Origin: Methylophaga sp. 41_12_T18
Lineage (GTDB): Bacteria > Pseudomonadota > Gammaproteobacteria > Nitrosococcales > Methylophagaceae
NCBI GenBank assembly: GCA_002163115.1
Contig: MAAI01000035.1
Location: 24,004-88,003, forward strand
DNA length: 64,000 nucleotides
Direction: 5' to 3'
In this document: positions 1 through 10,113 of the stretch, in pieces
How the letters are laid out: every line of letters starts with the position of its first letter
Numbering within the stretch: the stretch's first letter is position 1
Position numbers and translations under genes: made by a program
Notes under the pieces: model-generated
Seen by the model: the letters and a program-made list of their open reading frames with translations, nothing else
Told to the model about the DNA's origin: nothing
The model's database searches: none

Positions 1-57
1 TTAAAAAGTTTTATTGCTATAACGAGTGACAAGTATAGATATTTCACAGCAAGGATT

Positions 58-2991
58 ATGCTCATGAAAATACTTATCGCCGACGACTCCCCACCAGATC
101 AAGCCTTGCTATCGATGATAGTTAAAGAGCTAGGCCACGAGATTATCGTTGTCAGCAATGGTGCTGAAGCAGTTACTGCTGTAGAAAATCAGCAGCCTGA
201 CTTAGTTCTTATGGACATTCTAATGCCCATCGAAGATGGCTTAAGTGCTACCGCAAGAATTAGAAAAATAGAGCTGGATTATTGGTTGCCGATTATTCTT
301 TTAAGCGCACTAGATCAGCCACAAAATATTATTAAAGGCTTGGATGCCGGCGCAGACGATTATTTAACTCGGCCTATTCATCCCAAAATAATTCAAGCTA
401 AAATCCGAGCCATGGCTCGAATCAAAACCCTGCAAGCAGGCTACAACCAAGCCATTGAGCAACAAAATCAACATTTGTCTCACCTTCAACACGAAAACCA
501 CCTGCACGATCAACTGCGAAGAGCCATGGATGAAGCTGCAATCGTAGTTGAGACTGATGCCGAAGGTAGTATTACTTACGCCAATGATAAATTCAGTGAA
601 ATTTCAGGTTATAGCAAAGAAGAACTTGCCGGGAAAAATCATCGTATTCTACATTCAGGCATGCATTCTCGAGATTTTTTCCACGATCTTTGGCACACCA
701 TTTCTAATGGCAATATCTGGCATGGCGATATTTGCAATAAATCAAAGTCAGGCAGGTTATTTTGGGTTCGCACCACTATTATTCCATTTCTAGACACTGA
801 AACAGGTAAACCAATCAGTTATAAAGCCATTCGCTTTGATATAACTGAACGTAAAAACCTTGAAACGAAGCTTCAGTTAGAAAAAGAGCGTGCTGAAATA
901 ACACTGGCATCTATCGCTGATGGCATCATCAAAGTAGATCGCGTAGGTCAGGTTGAATTTATGAATAGAGTTGCCGAAGAAATGACTGGCTGGCCTATGG
1001 AGGAGGGCTATAAAAATCATATTAAAGACATTTTCATTGCTACCATATCTGCAGAATCTAATAATACCGAAAATTACCTGACTGATCATGTTACGCAGCA
1101 ACATCGAGTCCTTGAGCCCGGTACATTATTGCTATCAAGACAAAATAATCAATACCATATTGAAGGCTCTATTTCTCCGATTTTCGAACAAGAAGAGTTT
1201 GTCGGCTGCATCTTTGTTTTTCAAAATACCACCGATAAAAACCGCTTAAAAACAGAAGTCGAATGGCAGGCATGGCATGATGCGTTAACCAGTCTCCCTA
1301 ACCGTACTTTGCTTAAAGACCGATTTAATATAGCCATTGCTAATGCTAATCGTACCGATACCATGGTGGCAATCTGCTTGTTAGATTTAGATGATTTTAA
1401 AGCTATTAATGATCAATTTGGTCATAGTACCGGCGACCAAATTTTGGTCGAAATTGCAGAGCGGTTAAGTGCTGTTATTCGCGATGATGATACTGCGGCC
1501 CGGCTCGGTGGTGATGAATTTGTTTTGCTATTAAATGGCTTTAATTCATCGGAAGAAATAGATTATGCCGTACAACGAATTTATAAAGCCTTATCGTTAC
1601 CAATAACACTAGATGGCCACACTTTTAAAATATCACAAAGCATTGGTATTTCCGCCTACCCTACAGATAATGTCGATCCCGATACCTTGTTACGTCATGC
1701 AGATCAGGCCATGTATCAAGCAAAACGTTTAGGCAGGAACCGGTTTAGCTATTTTGATCAAGTAAGTGAGCAACTGTCACACCATCGCCTGCAAGAAATT
1801 AACCGTATTAGGCAAGCAATTTTTAACAATGAAATGGTGCTCTACTACCAACCTAAAGTAAATATGCGGACCGGAATCATTATCGGCGCTGAAGCACTCA
1901 TTCGTTGGCATCACCCTGAAAAAGGCCTACTCAATCCTATTGATTTTCTTCCACAAATAGAATCAACAGATGTGGAAATTGTCTTAGGAAACTGGGTCAT
2001 TGAACACGCATTAACCGAGCTTCAGCAATGGCGAGGTCAAGGTAAAAACTGGTCCATCAGCGTTAACATCGCCGGTCATCACTTTACTCAAACTGATTTC
2101 ACTGAAAAATTAAAACAAGCCTTAGCACGCCATCCTGAAATACCCAGTAATTATCTAGAGCTAGAAATTCTTGAAACGACCGCATTGGATGACATTGCTT
2201 ATGTATCGGACTTGATCTGCGAGTGTCAGGCTTTAGGGGTGAAATTTTCGCTTGATGATTTTGGCACCGGCTACTCATCCCTATCCTATTTAAAACAACT
2301 GCCCGCTAACTGGTTAAAAATTGATCAATCTTTTGTGCGCGACATGCTCGATAACCGAGGCGATATGGCTTTAGTCGAAGGTATTATTTCTTTATCGCAC
2401 GTTTTTCAGCGACAAGTCATTGCTGAAGGTGTTGAAACCGCTGAGCACGGCGTATTATTAATGCGTTTAGGCTGCCAGTATGCACAAGGTTACGGCATTG
2501 CCCGGCCCATGCCCGCTGAAAAGATCATCGCTTGGTCAGAAAGCTACCAACCTGAAGAAGCGTGGTCTATTTGGTCTGGTTCTGAATGGGAATTAAGCGA
2601 TCTACCTCTGCTCGTTGCCCAACATGATCATGTGAGATGGATACAAAAAATTCTAAATGGTTTTGATACTGGCATGGTTAATATTTCTGATAATGAAGTT
2701 ATTAATCACTATGAGTGTCGGCTTGGCAATTGGTATTACGGCCATGGCAAACAACATTATGGTCACCTTGAAAGCTTTAAATCTCTAGAAGAAATGCATA
2801 TCGATATTCATCAGCTAGGTCATGATGTAGTCACATTATTAAAGTCAGGTCGGGCAGAAGAAGCAAAAAAATTAGCCAATGACTTGCTCTCCTTAAAGAA
2901 TAAAATGCTCGCCAACCTCCATGAACTCCAAAAACAGGTGAATTTTTCTGGCGAACAAGCTCTAAATAAACAGCAGCAAGCTAATTCCTAA
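58..2991 (+). CDS. c-di-GMP signalling protein: REC-PAS-PAS-GGDEF-EAL with C-terminal CZB (chemoreceptor zinc-binding) domain
   Basis: 977-aa ORF. Receiver signature (ILIADDS, DLVLMDILMP). Two PAS-like segments (SITYANDKFSEISGY, GIIKVDRVGQVEFMNRVAEEMTGW). RLGGDEFVLL (GGDEF). EALIRW plus DDFGTGYSSLSYL (EAL). HVRW-x25-CRLGNW-x21-HIDIH near the C-terminus (CZB pattern). Start may be ATG 58 or 64. Confidence 0.9.
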   Translation: MLMKILIADDSPPDQALLSMIVKELGHEIIVVSNGAEAVTAVENQQPDLVLMDILMPIEDGLSATARIRKIELDYWLPIILLSALDQPQNIIKGLDAGADDYLTRPIHPKIIQAKIRAMARIKTLQAGYNQAIEQQNQHLSHLQHENHLHDQLRRAMDEAAIVVETDAEGSITYANDKFSEISGYSKEELAGKNHRILHSGMHSRDFFHDLWHTISNGNIWHGDICNKSKSGRLFWVRTTIIPFLDTETGKPISYKAIRFDITERKNLETKLQLEKERAEITLASIADGIIKVDRVGQVEFMNRVAEEMTGWPMEEGYKNHIKDIFIATISAESNNTENYLTDHVTQQHRVLEPGTLLLSRQNNQYHIEGSISPIFEQEEFVGCIFVFQNTTDKNRLKTEVEWQAWHDALTSLPNRTLLKDRFNIAIANANRTDTMVAICLLDLDDFKAINDQFGHSTGDQILVEIAERLSAVIRDDDTAARLGGDEFVLLLNGFNSSEEIDYAVQRIYKALSLPITLDGHTFKISQSIGISAYPTDNVDPDTLLRHADQAMYQAKRLGRNRFSYFDQVSEQLSHHRLQEINRIRQAIFNNEMVLYYQPKVNMRTGIIIGAEALIRWHHPEKGLLNPIDFLPQIESTDVEIVLGNWVIEHALTELQQWRGQGKNWSISVNIAGHHFTQTDFTEKLKQALARHPEIPSNYLELEILETTALDDIAYVSDLICECQALGVKFSLDDFGTGYSSLSYLKQLPANWLKIDQSFVRDMLDNRGDMALVEGIISLSHVFQRQVIAEGVETAEHGVLLMRLGCQYAQGYGIARPMPAEKIIAWSESYQPEEAWSIWSGSEWELSDLPLLVAQHDHVRWIQKILNGFDTGMVNISDNEVINHYECRLGNWYYGHGKQHYGHLESFKSLEEMHIDIHQLGHDVVTLLKSGRAEEAKKLANDLLSLKNKMLANLHELQKQVNFSGEQALNKQQQANS

Positions 2992-3117
2992 TCTAATTCT
3001 ACTGCTGTAACTATTAATTAAAAAATAACAATGTGACTTGGCTATAAAAAGTATGGTAAAAATAAGGTAAGACCTATAACAAAACTAATCGTAGTTGATG
3101 AGAAGGAAGTAGTAACC

Positions 3118-4758
3118 ATGAAAACATCTGACCTCTTTGTAAAGGCACTCGAAAATGAAGGTGTCGAATACATCTTTGGTATACCGGGCGAAGAAAACCT
3201 AGACTTTCTTGACTCACTCCAAGGTTCAACAATCAAACTTATCTTAACTCGTCATGAACAGGGTGCCGGTTTTATGGCTGCTACCTATGGTCGCCTTACT
3301 GGCAAACCCGGCGTCTGTTTAGCAACCTTAGGTCCTGGTGCAACTAATTTGGTTACTCCTGCTGCTTATGCCCAATTAGGTGGCATGCCGATGTTAATGA
3401 TTACCGGCCAGAAACCAATCAAAGCCAGCAAACAAGGGCAGTTTCAAATTGTTGATGTCGTCAATATGATGCGACCAATCACTAAGTTCACTAAACAAGT
3501 CGTACATGGCAACACTATTGCTTCAACTGTACGCGAAGCATTTAGACTGGCGATGGATGAGCGCCCTGGTGCAGTCCATATCGAATTACCTGAAGATATT
3601 GCCGCTGAAGAAGCCAGCGAAGCCTTATACACCGTAGCTACCACACGCCGGCCTGATGCAGATAGCGCTGCTATCAAGTCAGCTGTCGATATGATTAAAA
3701 AAGCAAAAATGCCGTTATTGCTCGTCGGTGCAGGTGCAAATAGAAAACGTACTAGCCGGGCATTAAAAACATTTATAGAAAAAACCGGCATCCCATTTTT
3801 TAATACTCAAATGGGTAAAGGCGTGATTGATGAACGCCATAAAAATTATATCGGCACAGCCGCCTTATCAGATAATGACTTCCTACATTGTGCTGTTGAT
3901 CGCGCCGATCTTGTTATCAATGTTGGCCATGATGTCATTGAAAAACCACCTTTCTTCATGAAAGAAGGTGGCCCGAAAGTTATTCACATCAACTTTTCTC
4001 CAGCTCAAATTGATGCCGTTTATTTCCCTCAGTTAGACGTGGTCGGAGACATCGCAGTCTCTGTTAGTCGGTTATCAACCCAATTACCGCCTCAATCAAG
4101 TTGGGATTTTTCATATTTTTATCGCGTTAAAGAAGAGGTGAACTCGCGCTTATCGTTATATGCTGATGATGACCGCTTCCCTATATTACCGCAGCGTGCC
4201 GTAAGTACTATTCGGGAGAAACTTGATGACGATGGCATTCTCACTCTAGATAATGGCGTGTATAAAGTTTGGTTTGCTCGCAACTATCTGTGTTATCAGA
4301 ATAACTCCTTATTGCTAGACAATGCCTTAGCGACAATGGGGGCTGGCTTACCCTCAGCAATGCTAGCCAAGTTAATTAATCCCGATCGAAAAGTAATAAG
4401 TGTCTGTGGTGATGGTGGATTTATGATGAACTCACAAGAGCTTGAAACCGCTGTTCGACTTGATTTAGACCTTGTTGTTATTATTCTTAATGATAATGCT
4501 TACGGCATGATCAAATGGAAACAAGAAGGCATGGGCTTTGATAATTTTGGCCTCGATTACAACAATCCAGACTTTGTGAAGTATGCTGAAAGCTACGGAG
4601 CTACTGGCCATAGACCAACCAGTTGTGAAGAGTTTAGTCGAATTCTTGAACTCACCTTATCTGAAAAAGGCGTTCATATCATCGATTTAGCTATCGACTA
4701 CTCTCTTAATCATTCAATTTTAAACGAAGGTTTAAAAGCGAAAATCTGTATATTGTAA
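3118..4758 (+). CDS. Thiamine-diphosphate-dependent enzyme, acetolactate synthase / 2-oxoacid decarboxylase family
   Basis: 546 aa. FGIPGEENL, HEQGAGFMAATYGRLTGKPGVCLATLGPGATNL. C-terminal TPP-binding motif GDGGFMMNSQELETAV...NDNAYG. Purine-rich RBS (GAAGGAAG) upstream. Confidence 0.85.
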   Translation: MKTSDLFVKALENEGVEYIFGIPGEENLDFLDSLQGSTIKLILTRHEQGAGFMAATYGRLTGKPGVCLATLGPGATNLVTPAAYAQLGGMPMLMITGQKPIKASKQGQFQIVDVVNMMRPITKFTKQVVHGNTIASTVREAFRLAMDERPGAVHIELPEDIAAEEASEALYTVATTRRPDADSAAIKSAVDMIKKAKMPLLLVGAGANRKRTSRALKTFIEKTGIPFFNTQMGKGVIDERHKNYIGTAALSDNDFLHCAVDRADLVINVGHDVIEKPPFFMKEGGPKVIHINFSPAQIDAVYFPQLDVVGDIAVSVSRLSTQLPPQSSWDFSYFYRVKEEVNSRLSLYADDDRFPILPQRAVSTIREKLDDDGILTLDNGVYKVWFARNYLCYQNNSLLLDNALATMGAGLPSAMLAKLINPDRKVISVCGDGGFMMNSQELETAVRLDLDLVVIILNDNAYGMIKWKQEGMGFDNFGLDYNNPDFVKYAESYGATGHRPTSCEEFSRILELTLSEKGVHIIDLAIDYSLNHSILNEGLKAKICIL

Positions 4759-4769
4759 GGAATACACCT

Positions 4770-6221
4770 ATGTCTCTTCCTCAGCACTTCAGCCCATTAA
4801 TTGCCGAGTTACAACAAAAAGTTAGGGCCCAGCGGGAGGTGAAGTCTCCCTATGACGAGCAAGTATTAGCCTGTTTCGATACTTCAGATACAGATGATAT
4901 CAATCAAGCTCTAGTCACCGCTCATCGCTTATTTGCTGATAAAAAAAACTGGCTATCAGTACCACAACGAATTGCCATACTTGAACGTGCTATTGAATTA
5001 ATGCAGTCACAGTTTGAGGACCTTGCCATTTCCTCTGCACAAGAAGGTGGTAAACCTCTCGTCGATTCACGCGTTGAAATGGCTCGCTGTATTGATAGCA
5101 TTCGTACTTGTGTTGATGGCCTACGAGACAATACATGTCATCCTGTTCCTATGGGTATCAATGCTGCTTCACAGCATCGATTTACCATTATGAATAAAGA
5201 GCCTATTGGCGTAGTGGTGGCCGTCAGTGCCTTTAATCACCCATTGAACTTAATTGCCCATCAAGTCGGTCCAGCCATTGCTACTGGCTGTCCAGTCATA
5301 GTTAAACCAGCCGAAGATACGCCCATATCTTGCTTCCGTTTAGTAGAAATATTTCATCGTGCCGGCCTACCTGTTGAATGGTGCCAAGCTGTTTTACCTG
5401 ATAATCACCATGTGGCAGAAAAGTTAGTCACCGATCATCGTGTTGCCTTTTTCAGCTTTATAGGTAGCGGTAAAGTAGGTTGGTACTTACGCTCGAAACT
5501 TGCTCCAGGTACTCGCTGTGCTCTAGAGCATGGCGGTGTCGCTCCAGTGATCCTAGCTAAAGATGCCGATCTTGATATTGTAATTCCAGGACTGGCCAAA
5601 GGTGGTTTTTATCATGCTGGCCAAGTCTGTGTTTCTGTACAGCGCATTTTTGTCCACGAATCTATTGCCCGCACGCTAGCAGAACGATTAGCCGACGCAG
5701 CTAAAAAGTTAACCGTTGGCGATCCTACGTCAGGTGATACCGAAGTCGGTCCACTGATTCGTAACGGCGAACTCATCCGAGTAACCTCATGGGTACAAGA
5801 AGCTGTTGATATGGGTGCAGAACTACTCTGTGGTGGCCAAGCACTATTGAATAATTGCTATGCTCCTACCGTGTTATATAGCCCGTCTAAAGAAAGCAAA
5901 GTATCTACCTCAGAGGTCTTTGGCCCTGTCGTTTGTATTTACCCTTTTAGTGATCTTGATCAGGCGATCTCTGAAGCAAACTCACTTGACGTGGCCTTCC
6001 AAGCATCGGTTTATAGCCAAGATATTGATACTGCTATGTATGTCAGTGACCGCTTAACAGCTTCTGCGGTAATGATTAATGAACATACCGCTTTTCGTGT
6101 CGACTGGATGCCTTTTGCTGGTCTCATGCAATCAGGACTCGGTACTGGCGGTATTCCACATACAATGGAAGAGATGCAAATTGAAAAAATGATCGTGATT
6201 ACTTCCAAAGGAATATCTTAA
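4770..6221 (+). CDS. NAD(P)-dependent aldehyde dehydrogenase
   Basis: 483 aa. ALDH-family motifs ALEHGGVAP (ELGG-type) and HAGQVCVSVQR (catalytic Cys). Starts 11 nt after the TPP-enzyme stop, so probably co-transcribed. Confidence 0.85.
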   Translation: MSLPQHFSPLIAELQQKVRAQREVKSPYDEQVLACFDTSDTDDINQALVTAHRLFADKKNWLSVPQRIAILERAIELMQSQFEDLAISSAQEGGKPLVDSRVEMARCIDSIRTCVDGLRDNTCHPVPMGINAASQHRFTIMNKEPIGVVVAVSAFNHPLNLIAHQVGPAIATGCPVIVKPAEDTPISCFRLVEIFHRAGLPVEWCQAVLPDNHHVAEKLVTDHRVAFFSFIGSGKVGWYLRSKLAPGTRCALEHGGVAPVILAKDADLDIVIPGLAKGGFYHAGQVCVSVQRIFVHESIARTLAERLADAAKKLTVGDPTSGDTEVGPLIRNGELIRVTSWVQEAVDMGAELLCGGQALLNNCYAPTVLYSPSKESKVSTSEVFGPVVCIYPFSDLDQAISEANSLDVAFQASVYSQDIDTAMYVSDRLTASAVMINEHTAFRVDWMPFAGLMQSGLGTGGIPHTMEEMQIEKMIVITSKGIS

Positions 6222-6243
6222 CAACACAAATGTGTCACCTACA

Positions 6244-6287
6244 AATGGCTAGTAACGCTTAACTTAAGGAGTTATTAGCCATTTTTG
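6244..6287 (+). terminator. Rho-independent terminator after the aldehyde dehydrogenase gene
   Basis: aatggctagtaac / gttattagccatt gives a 13-bp stem (one G-U pair) with a ~14-nt loop, followed by TTTTT (6282-6286). Confidence 0.6.
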
Positions 6288-6293
6288 TCCTCG

Positions 6294-8009
6294 TTAATGC
6301 AATGGTAAATCAAACCAGAAAGTAGAGCCTTCACCTTCAACACTATCAAAACCTATACCGCCGCCCAGCAACTCGACTAACTCTTTAGTAACGACTAAAC
6401 CAATTCCAGTTCCTTCAATATCAGAGTTCTCCATACCGAGTCGTGAAAACGCATTAAATATTAACTGATGCTTATCTTGTGGAATCCCTTGTCCGGTATC
6501 TCTAACTGCTACTCTCAATTTTGATTTAGAGTCTGCTAGTAAGTCACAGCCGACAAAAACTAAACCTCCAATTTTATTATATTTAATCGCATTTGTTAGT
6601 AAATTTAATAACACCTGTTTTATTTTGGTGCCATCCGTTACCAGCACGATATCAAAGCCTGGACCCAGCTCAATGCTAATATTTTTCTTGTCGGCTTGCG
6701 CTTGAACCATGTTAATACATTCGTCGACAATACTTTTTAATTTCAGATGTTCAATATGACAATCTTGTTGGCCTGCTTCTATTTTAGCTAACTCTAATAC
6801 CTCATTAATTAACGCCAATAAGTGGTTACCTGCTTGCAGTATTTCAACAATATTCTCCTGCTGATCACTGTTTAGCGGAGCATCTTGATCGTATTGTAGT
6901 AGCTGTGAAAAACCTATAATTGCATTCAGTGGAGTCCGTAGCTCGTGACTCATCGATGATAAAAAGACAGATTTAGCATGATTTGCAGCTTCAGCCTGAT
7001 CTTTTGCCAGCATTAAATCTTTTGTCCGCTTTATCACCTTTTCTTCTAAATACTGTGATTCATCTACTAATTTTAAATTCGCCTCATTAAGTGACTTAGT
7101 TCTTTTTGCTACGAGATCAATCACCATCGAATGTCGTTTCAGCATCATATGTACGCAGAAACTAGTCAACAACGTCAAAATAATACCTAATGATATTATC
7201 GCTCTGTTTCGCCAATGCTCGATGTAAAATACCGATTTCTTTGCTTCAGCACTCACTTGCCAGGTGTGCTCAGCTAATAGAATAGCTTCATTATAAAATA
7301 AACTTTTTTTATCAAACTTCTTTGTCTCAGCTATTAAAGCATGCGGAAAGCCACCCAAAGATCGGCTATTTTCACTGATAGTGATTGCCACTGTTGCTGC
7401 AGGTAGATTTGATACCGCTTGCTTGATTAAGCCAGGTACATCTACAGCCATCAATACAAAGCCTTTCGCCTCAGCATTTAGTTCAGTAGTTAGTTTAGGA
7501 AATATTGGTAAAAAGAAAAATACGGTTTTGTGCACCGAATCAACTAACGGTAATGCCACTACCATCTTATCGATCTGCTTTTGTCGTTGAAAATAACTTG
7601 CTAGCCCCACATCAATATTCTCTTCAACTCCAGCTTCATCGTTATGAACATAGCTGTATCGACGCCGGTAGCTTGGTATCGATTCTGTTGATGTTGTGTT
7701 TTTTTCTATCCATGCTAAATGCGTTATTGCCGCATTATTTCTAACTAAAATATTACTAAAATCATTGAAATCTGTTGCAGTAACATCATCTGAAGCATCG
7801 AAAAATGCCTTTACTGCTAGTAATGTATCCAAGGTAGAAACGAGTTGCTTTTTAACTGACAGCACCCGAATTTTTGCTGTTTCATTAAAGTTATTTTTGG
7901 CTTCACTTTCAGTTAGCTTCGTACTAAACGAGTAAATAAAAAAAGTAGTAAAAAATCCTATAGACAAGATGATGACAAGCGCTAATCGATGAAGAGACAA
8001 CAATTTCAT
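6294..8009 (-). CDS. Sensor histidine kinase with large periplasmic sensor domain (CHASE-like, unverified)
   Basis: 571 aa. N-terminal TM helix, ~250-aa extracytoplasmic region, second TM ([21 protein letters not shown]), coiled coil. H-box [18 protein letters not shown]. ATPase boxes [24 protein letters not shown]. No receiver domain and no adjacent response regulator. Confidence 0.85.
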   Translation of the reverse strand: MKLLSLHRLALVIILSIGFFTTFFIYSFSTKLTESEAKNNFNETAKIRVLSVKKQLVSTLDTLLAVKAFFDASDDVTATDFNDFSNILVRNNAAITHLAWIEKNTTSTESIPSYRRRYSYVHNDEAGVEENIDVGLASYFQRQKQIDKMVVALPLVDSVHKTVFFFLPIFPKLTTELNAEAKGFVLMAVDVPGLIKQAVSNLPAATVAITISENSRSLGGFPHALIAETKKFDKKSLFYNEAILLAEHTWQVSAEAKKSVFYIEHWRNRAIISLGIILTLLTSFCVHMMLKRHSMVIDLVAKRTKSLNEANLKLVDESQYLEEKVIKRTKDLMLAKDQAEAANHAKSVFLSSMSHELRTPLNAIIGFSQLLQYDQDAPLNSDQQENIVEILQAGNHLLALINEVLELAKIEAGQQDCHIEHLKLKSIVDECINMVQAQADKKNISIELGPGFDIVLVTDGTKIKQVLLNLLTNAIKYNKIGGLVFVGCDLLADSKSKLRVAVRDTGQGIPQDKHQLIFNAFSRLGMENSDIEGTGIGLVVTKELVELLGGGIGFDSVEGEGSTFWFDLPLH

Positions 8010-8092
8010 AAGTGCTGATACTTATCTTTATTGAATAAATTTTAGGATATAACATCCACTCTTAAAATACCATTGCCTTAACTTCCATCCAT

Positions 8093-8126
8093 AAAAAAAG
8101 CCCCCACACTGAATAAGTGCAGAGGC
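8093..8126 (-). terminator. Rho-independent terminator downstream of the tRNA / rpoD transcription unit
   Basis: On the minus strand GCCUCUGCAC-uuauuca-GUGUGGGGGC forms a 10-bp stem (three G-U pairs), followed by a U7 run (plus-strand A-run 8093-8099). Confidence 0.55.
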
Positions 8127-8137
8127 TTTGATATATA

Positions 8138-8214
8138 TGGTGGGCCTACAAGGACTTGAACCTTGGACAAAGGGATTATGAGTCCCCTGCTCTAACCAAC
8201 TGAGCTATAGGCCC
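8138..8214 (-). tRNA. tRNA with CAT anticodon; probably tRNA-Ile2 (lysidine-modified CAU) rather than elongator tRNA-Met
   Basis: 77-nt cloverleaf read by hand. Acceptor GGGCCTA/TAGGCCC, D-arm GCTC-AGTTGGTTA-GAGC, anticodon arm GGGGA-CTCATAA-TCCCT, T-arm CAAGG-TTCAAGT-CCTTG, discriminator A and encoded CCA. C4:G69 and C5:G68 pairs, and the position just downstream of rpoD, resemble E. coli ileX. Confidence 0.9.
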
Positions 8215-8222
8215 GAAACTAG

Positions 8223-10016
8223 TTAATTGCCAGAGTCTAAGAAACTCTTCAATTGATCAGATCGCGTAGGATGACGTAATTTACGTAACGCCTTCGCTTC
8301 AATTTGACGAATACGCTCACGCGTTACATCAAACTGCTTACCAACTTCTTCTAAAGTATGGTCAGTATTCATATCAATACCAAAACGCATACGCAATACT
8401 TTTGCTTCACGCTCTGTTAAACCACCAAGAATACCTTGCGTTGCTTCTCGCAAGCCTTCAATCATTGCCGCATCTTGTGGTGACATAACGTCTACATCTT
8501 CAACAAAATCACCTAAGTGAGAATCTTCATCATCGCCGATAGGAGTTTCCATTGAGATTGGTTCTTTCGAAATCTTCAATACCTTACGCACTTTATCTTC
8601 AGGCATTTCTACACGTTCAGATAATTCTTCTGGCGTTGGTTCGCGGCCCATTTCTTGTAACATCTGGCGCGCAATACGGTTCAGTTTATTGATTGTTTCA
8701 ATCATATGCACAGGAATACGAATCGTTCTTGCCTGATCAGCGATAGAACGTGTAATTGCCTGACGTATCCACCATGTTGCATAGGTTGAAAACTTATAAC
8801 CACGTTGATATTCAAATTTATCAACCGCTTTCATCAAACCGATATTACCTTCCTGAATAAGATCCAAGAACTGTAAACCGCGGTTAGTATATTTTTTAGC
8901 GATCGAAATAACAAGACGTAAATTCGCCTCAACCATTTCTTTTTTCGCACGACGCGCTTTTGCTTCTGAAATAGACATCTGACGATTAATTTCCTTCATT
9001 TCAGGAATCGTCATGCCGCGTTCTTCAGATATTTCACCCAATGTTGTTTGTGCGCCAACAATTTCATCTAAATGCTTTTTAATAGTAGATGAATAATGTT
9101 TTTTGGCACGAATATGCTTATCTGCCCACGATGTATTTACTTCATTACCAGAGAATGAGTCAATAAAATCACGTCGCTCCATACGCGCTTGTTCAACAAC
9201 AATATTGAGAATAATGCGATCCTGCTTACGAATTTCAGCAATCGTAGTAGACATCAAGCTGTTTAAGTTAATGAGTGCTTTAGGCGTTAATTTAAACTCC
9301 ATAAACAAACTAGATGCAGCTGCACGCGTTTCTTTCAACTCGTCATCGCTGCAATCTATCGTTTTATCAAAAGCAACTTTTAGTGCTTGGAAACGTTCGC
9401 GAGCTTCTTCAGGATCAATAGCATTGCTATCTTCTTCCTCTTCATCATCGTCGCTCTTGCCTTCAGTACTAACTGCAGGTGCTGGTGCTACTGGCTCTTC
9501 AGGTTCAGGTAGAATAAAACCTTTAATGAGATCATTAAGGCGCATTTCTCCTGCCTCAACAACTTCATATTGAGCGAGAAAGGTATTAATACATGAAGGA
9601 AATGATGACAACATCAATAAGCTTTCACGTAGGCCAGCTTCAATTCGCTTGGCAATAACAATCTCACCTTCACGAGTCAGCAGTTCAACTGTACCCATTT
9701 CACGCATATACATACGTACTGGATCAGTTGTGCGGCCGAACTCACCGTCAGAACTTGCTAATACGGCGGCGGCTTCGTCAGCAGATACGTCATCGTTGGA
9801 GGAAGCTGCTTCTGCTAAACGCTCCATTTCATCGGTATCCATGCCATCTTCATGGACCATGATACCGAGATCGCTAAACATACCTACGATATCTTCTATC
9901 TGGTCAGCATCCACTAAATCTTCTGGAAGATGATCATTGATCTCACCATAAGTAAGGTAACCACGCTCTTTACCAAGAGTGATAAGCGCTTTGATACGTG
10001 ATTGTTGATCTTTCAT
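8223..10016 (-). CDS. rpoD: RNA polymerase sigma-70 factor RpoD
   Basis: 597 aa. Acidic region 1 (SDDDEEEED). Regions 2-4 ([76 protein letters not shown]). Confidence 0.98.
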   Translation of the reverse strand: MKDQQSRIKALITLGKERGYLTYGEINDHLPEDLVDADQIEDIVGMFSDLGIMVHEDGMDTDEMERLAEAASSNDDVSADEAAAVLASSDGEFGRTTDPVRMYMREMGTVELLTREGEIVIAKRIEAGLRESLLMLSSFPSCINTFLAQYEVVEAGEMRLNDLIKGFILPEPEEPVAPAPAVSTEGKSDDDEEEEDSNAIDPEEARERFQALKVAFDKTIDCSDDELKETRAAASSLFMEFKLTPKALINLNSLMSTTIAEIRKQDRIILNIVVEQARMERRDFIDSFSGNEVNTSWADKHIRAKKHYSSTIKKHLDEIVGAQTTLGEISEERGMTIPEMKEINRQMSISEAKARRAKKEMVEANLRLVISIAKKYTNRGLQFLDLIQEGNIGLMKAVDKFEYQRGYKFSTYATWWIRQAITRSIADQARTIRIPVHMIETINKLNRIARQMLQEMGREPTPEELSERVEMPEDKVRKVLKISKEPISMETPIGDDEDSHLGDFVEDVDVMSPQDAAMIEGLREATQGILGGLTEREAKVLRMRFGIDMNTDHTLEEVGKQFDVTRERIRQIEAKALRKLRHPTRSDQLKSFLDSGN

Positions 10017-10113
10017 TAGACCCCTCTAATTCTTTACAATGATGCTGTAGGCGTGAACCGAACATTATAACAAAATGTTATTGTTTTAGTATAAAAATTC
10101 ACAACTAAACCAT

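Noticed and set aside
9103-9573. 156-aa ORF antisense to rpoD (also 9649-9933)
   Set aside because: It lies entirely within a highly conserved gene on the opposite strand and has Ser/Ala-rich low-complexity translation with no RBS. This is a typical shadow ORF.
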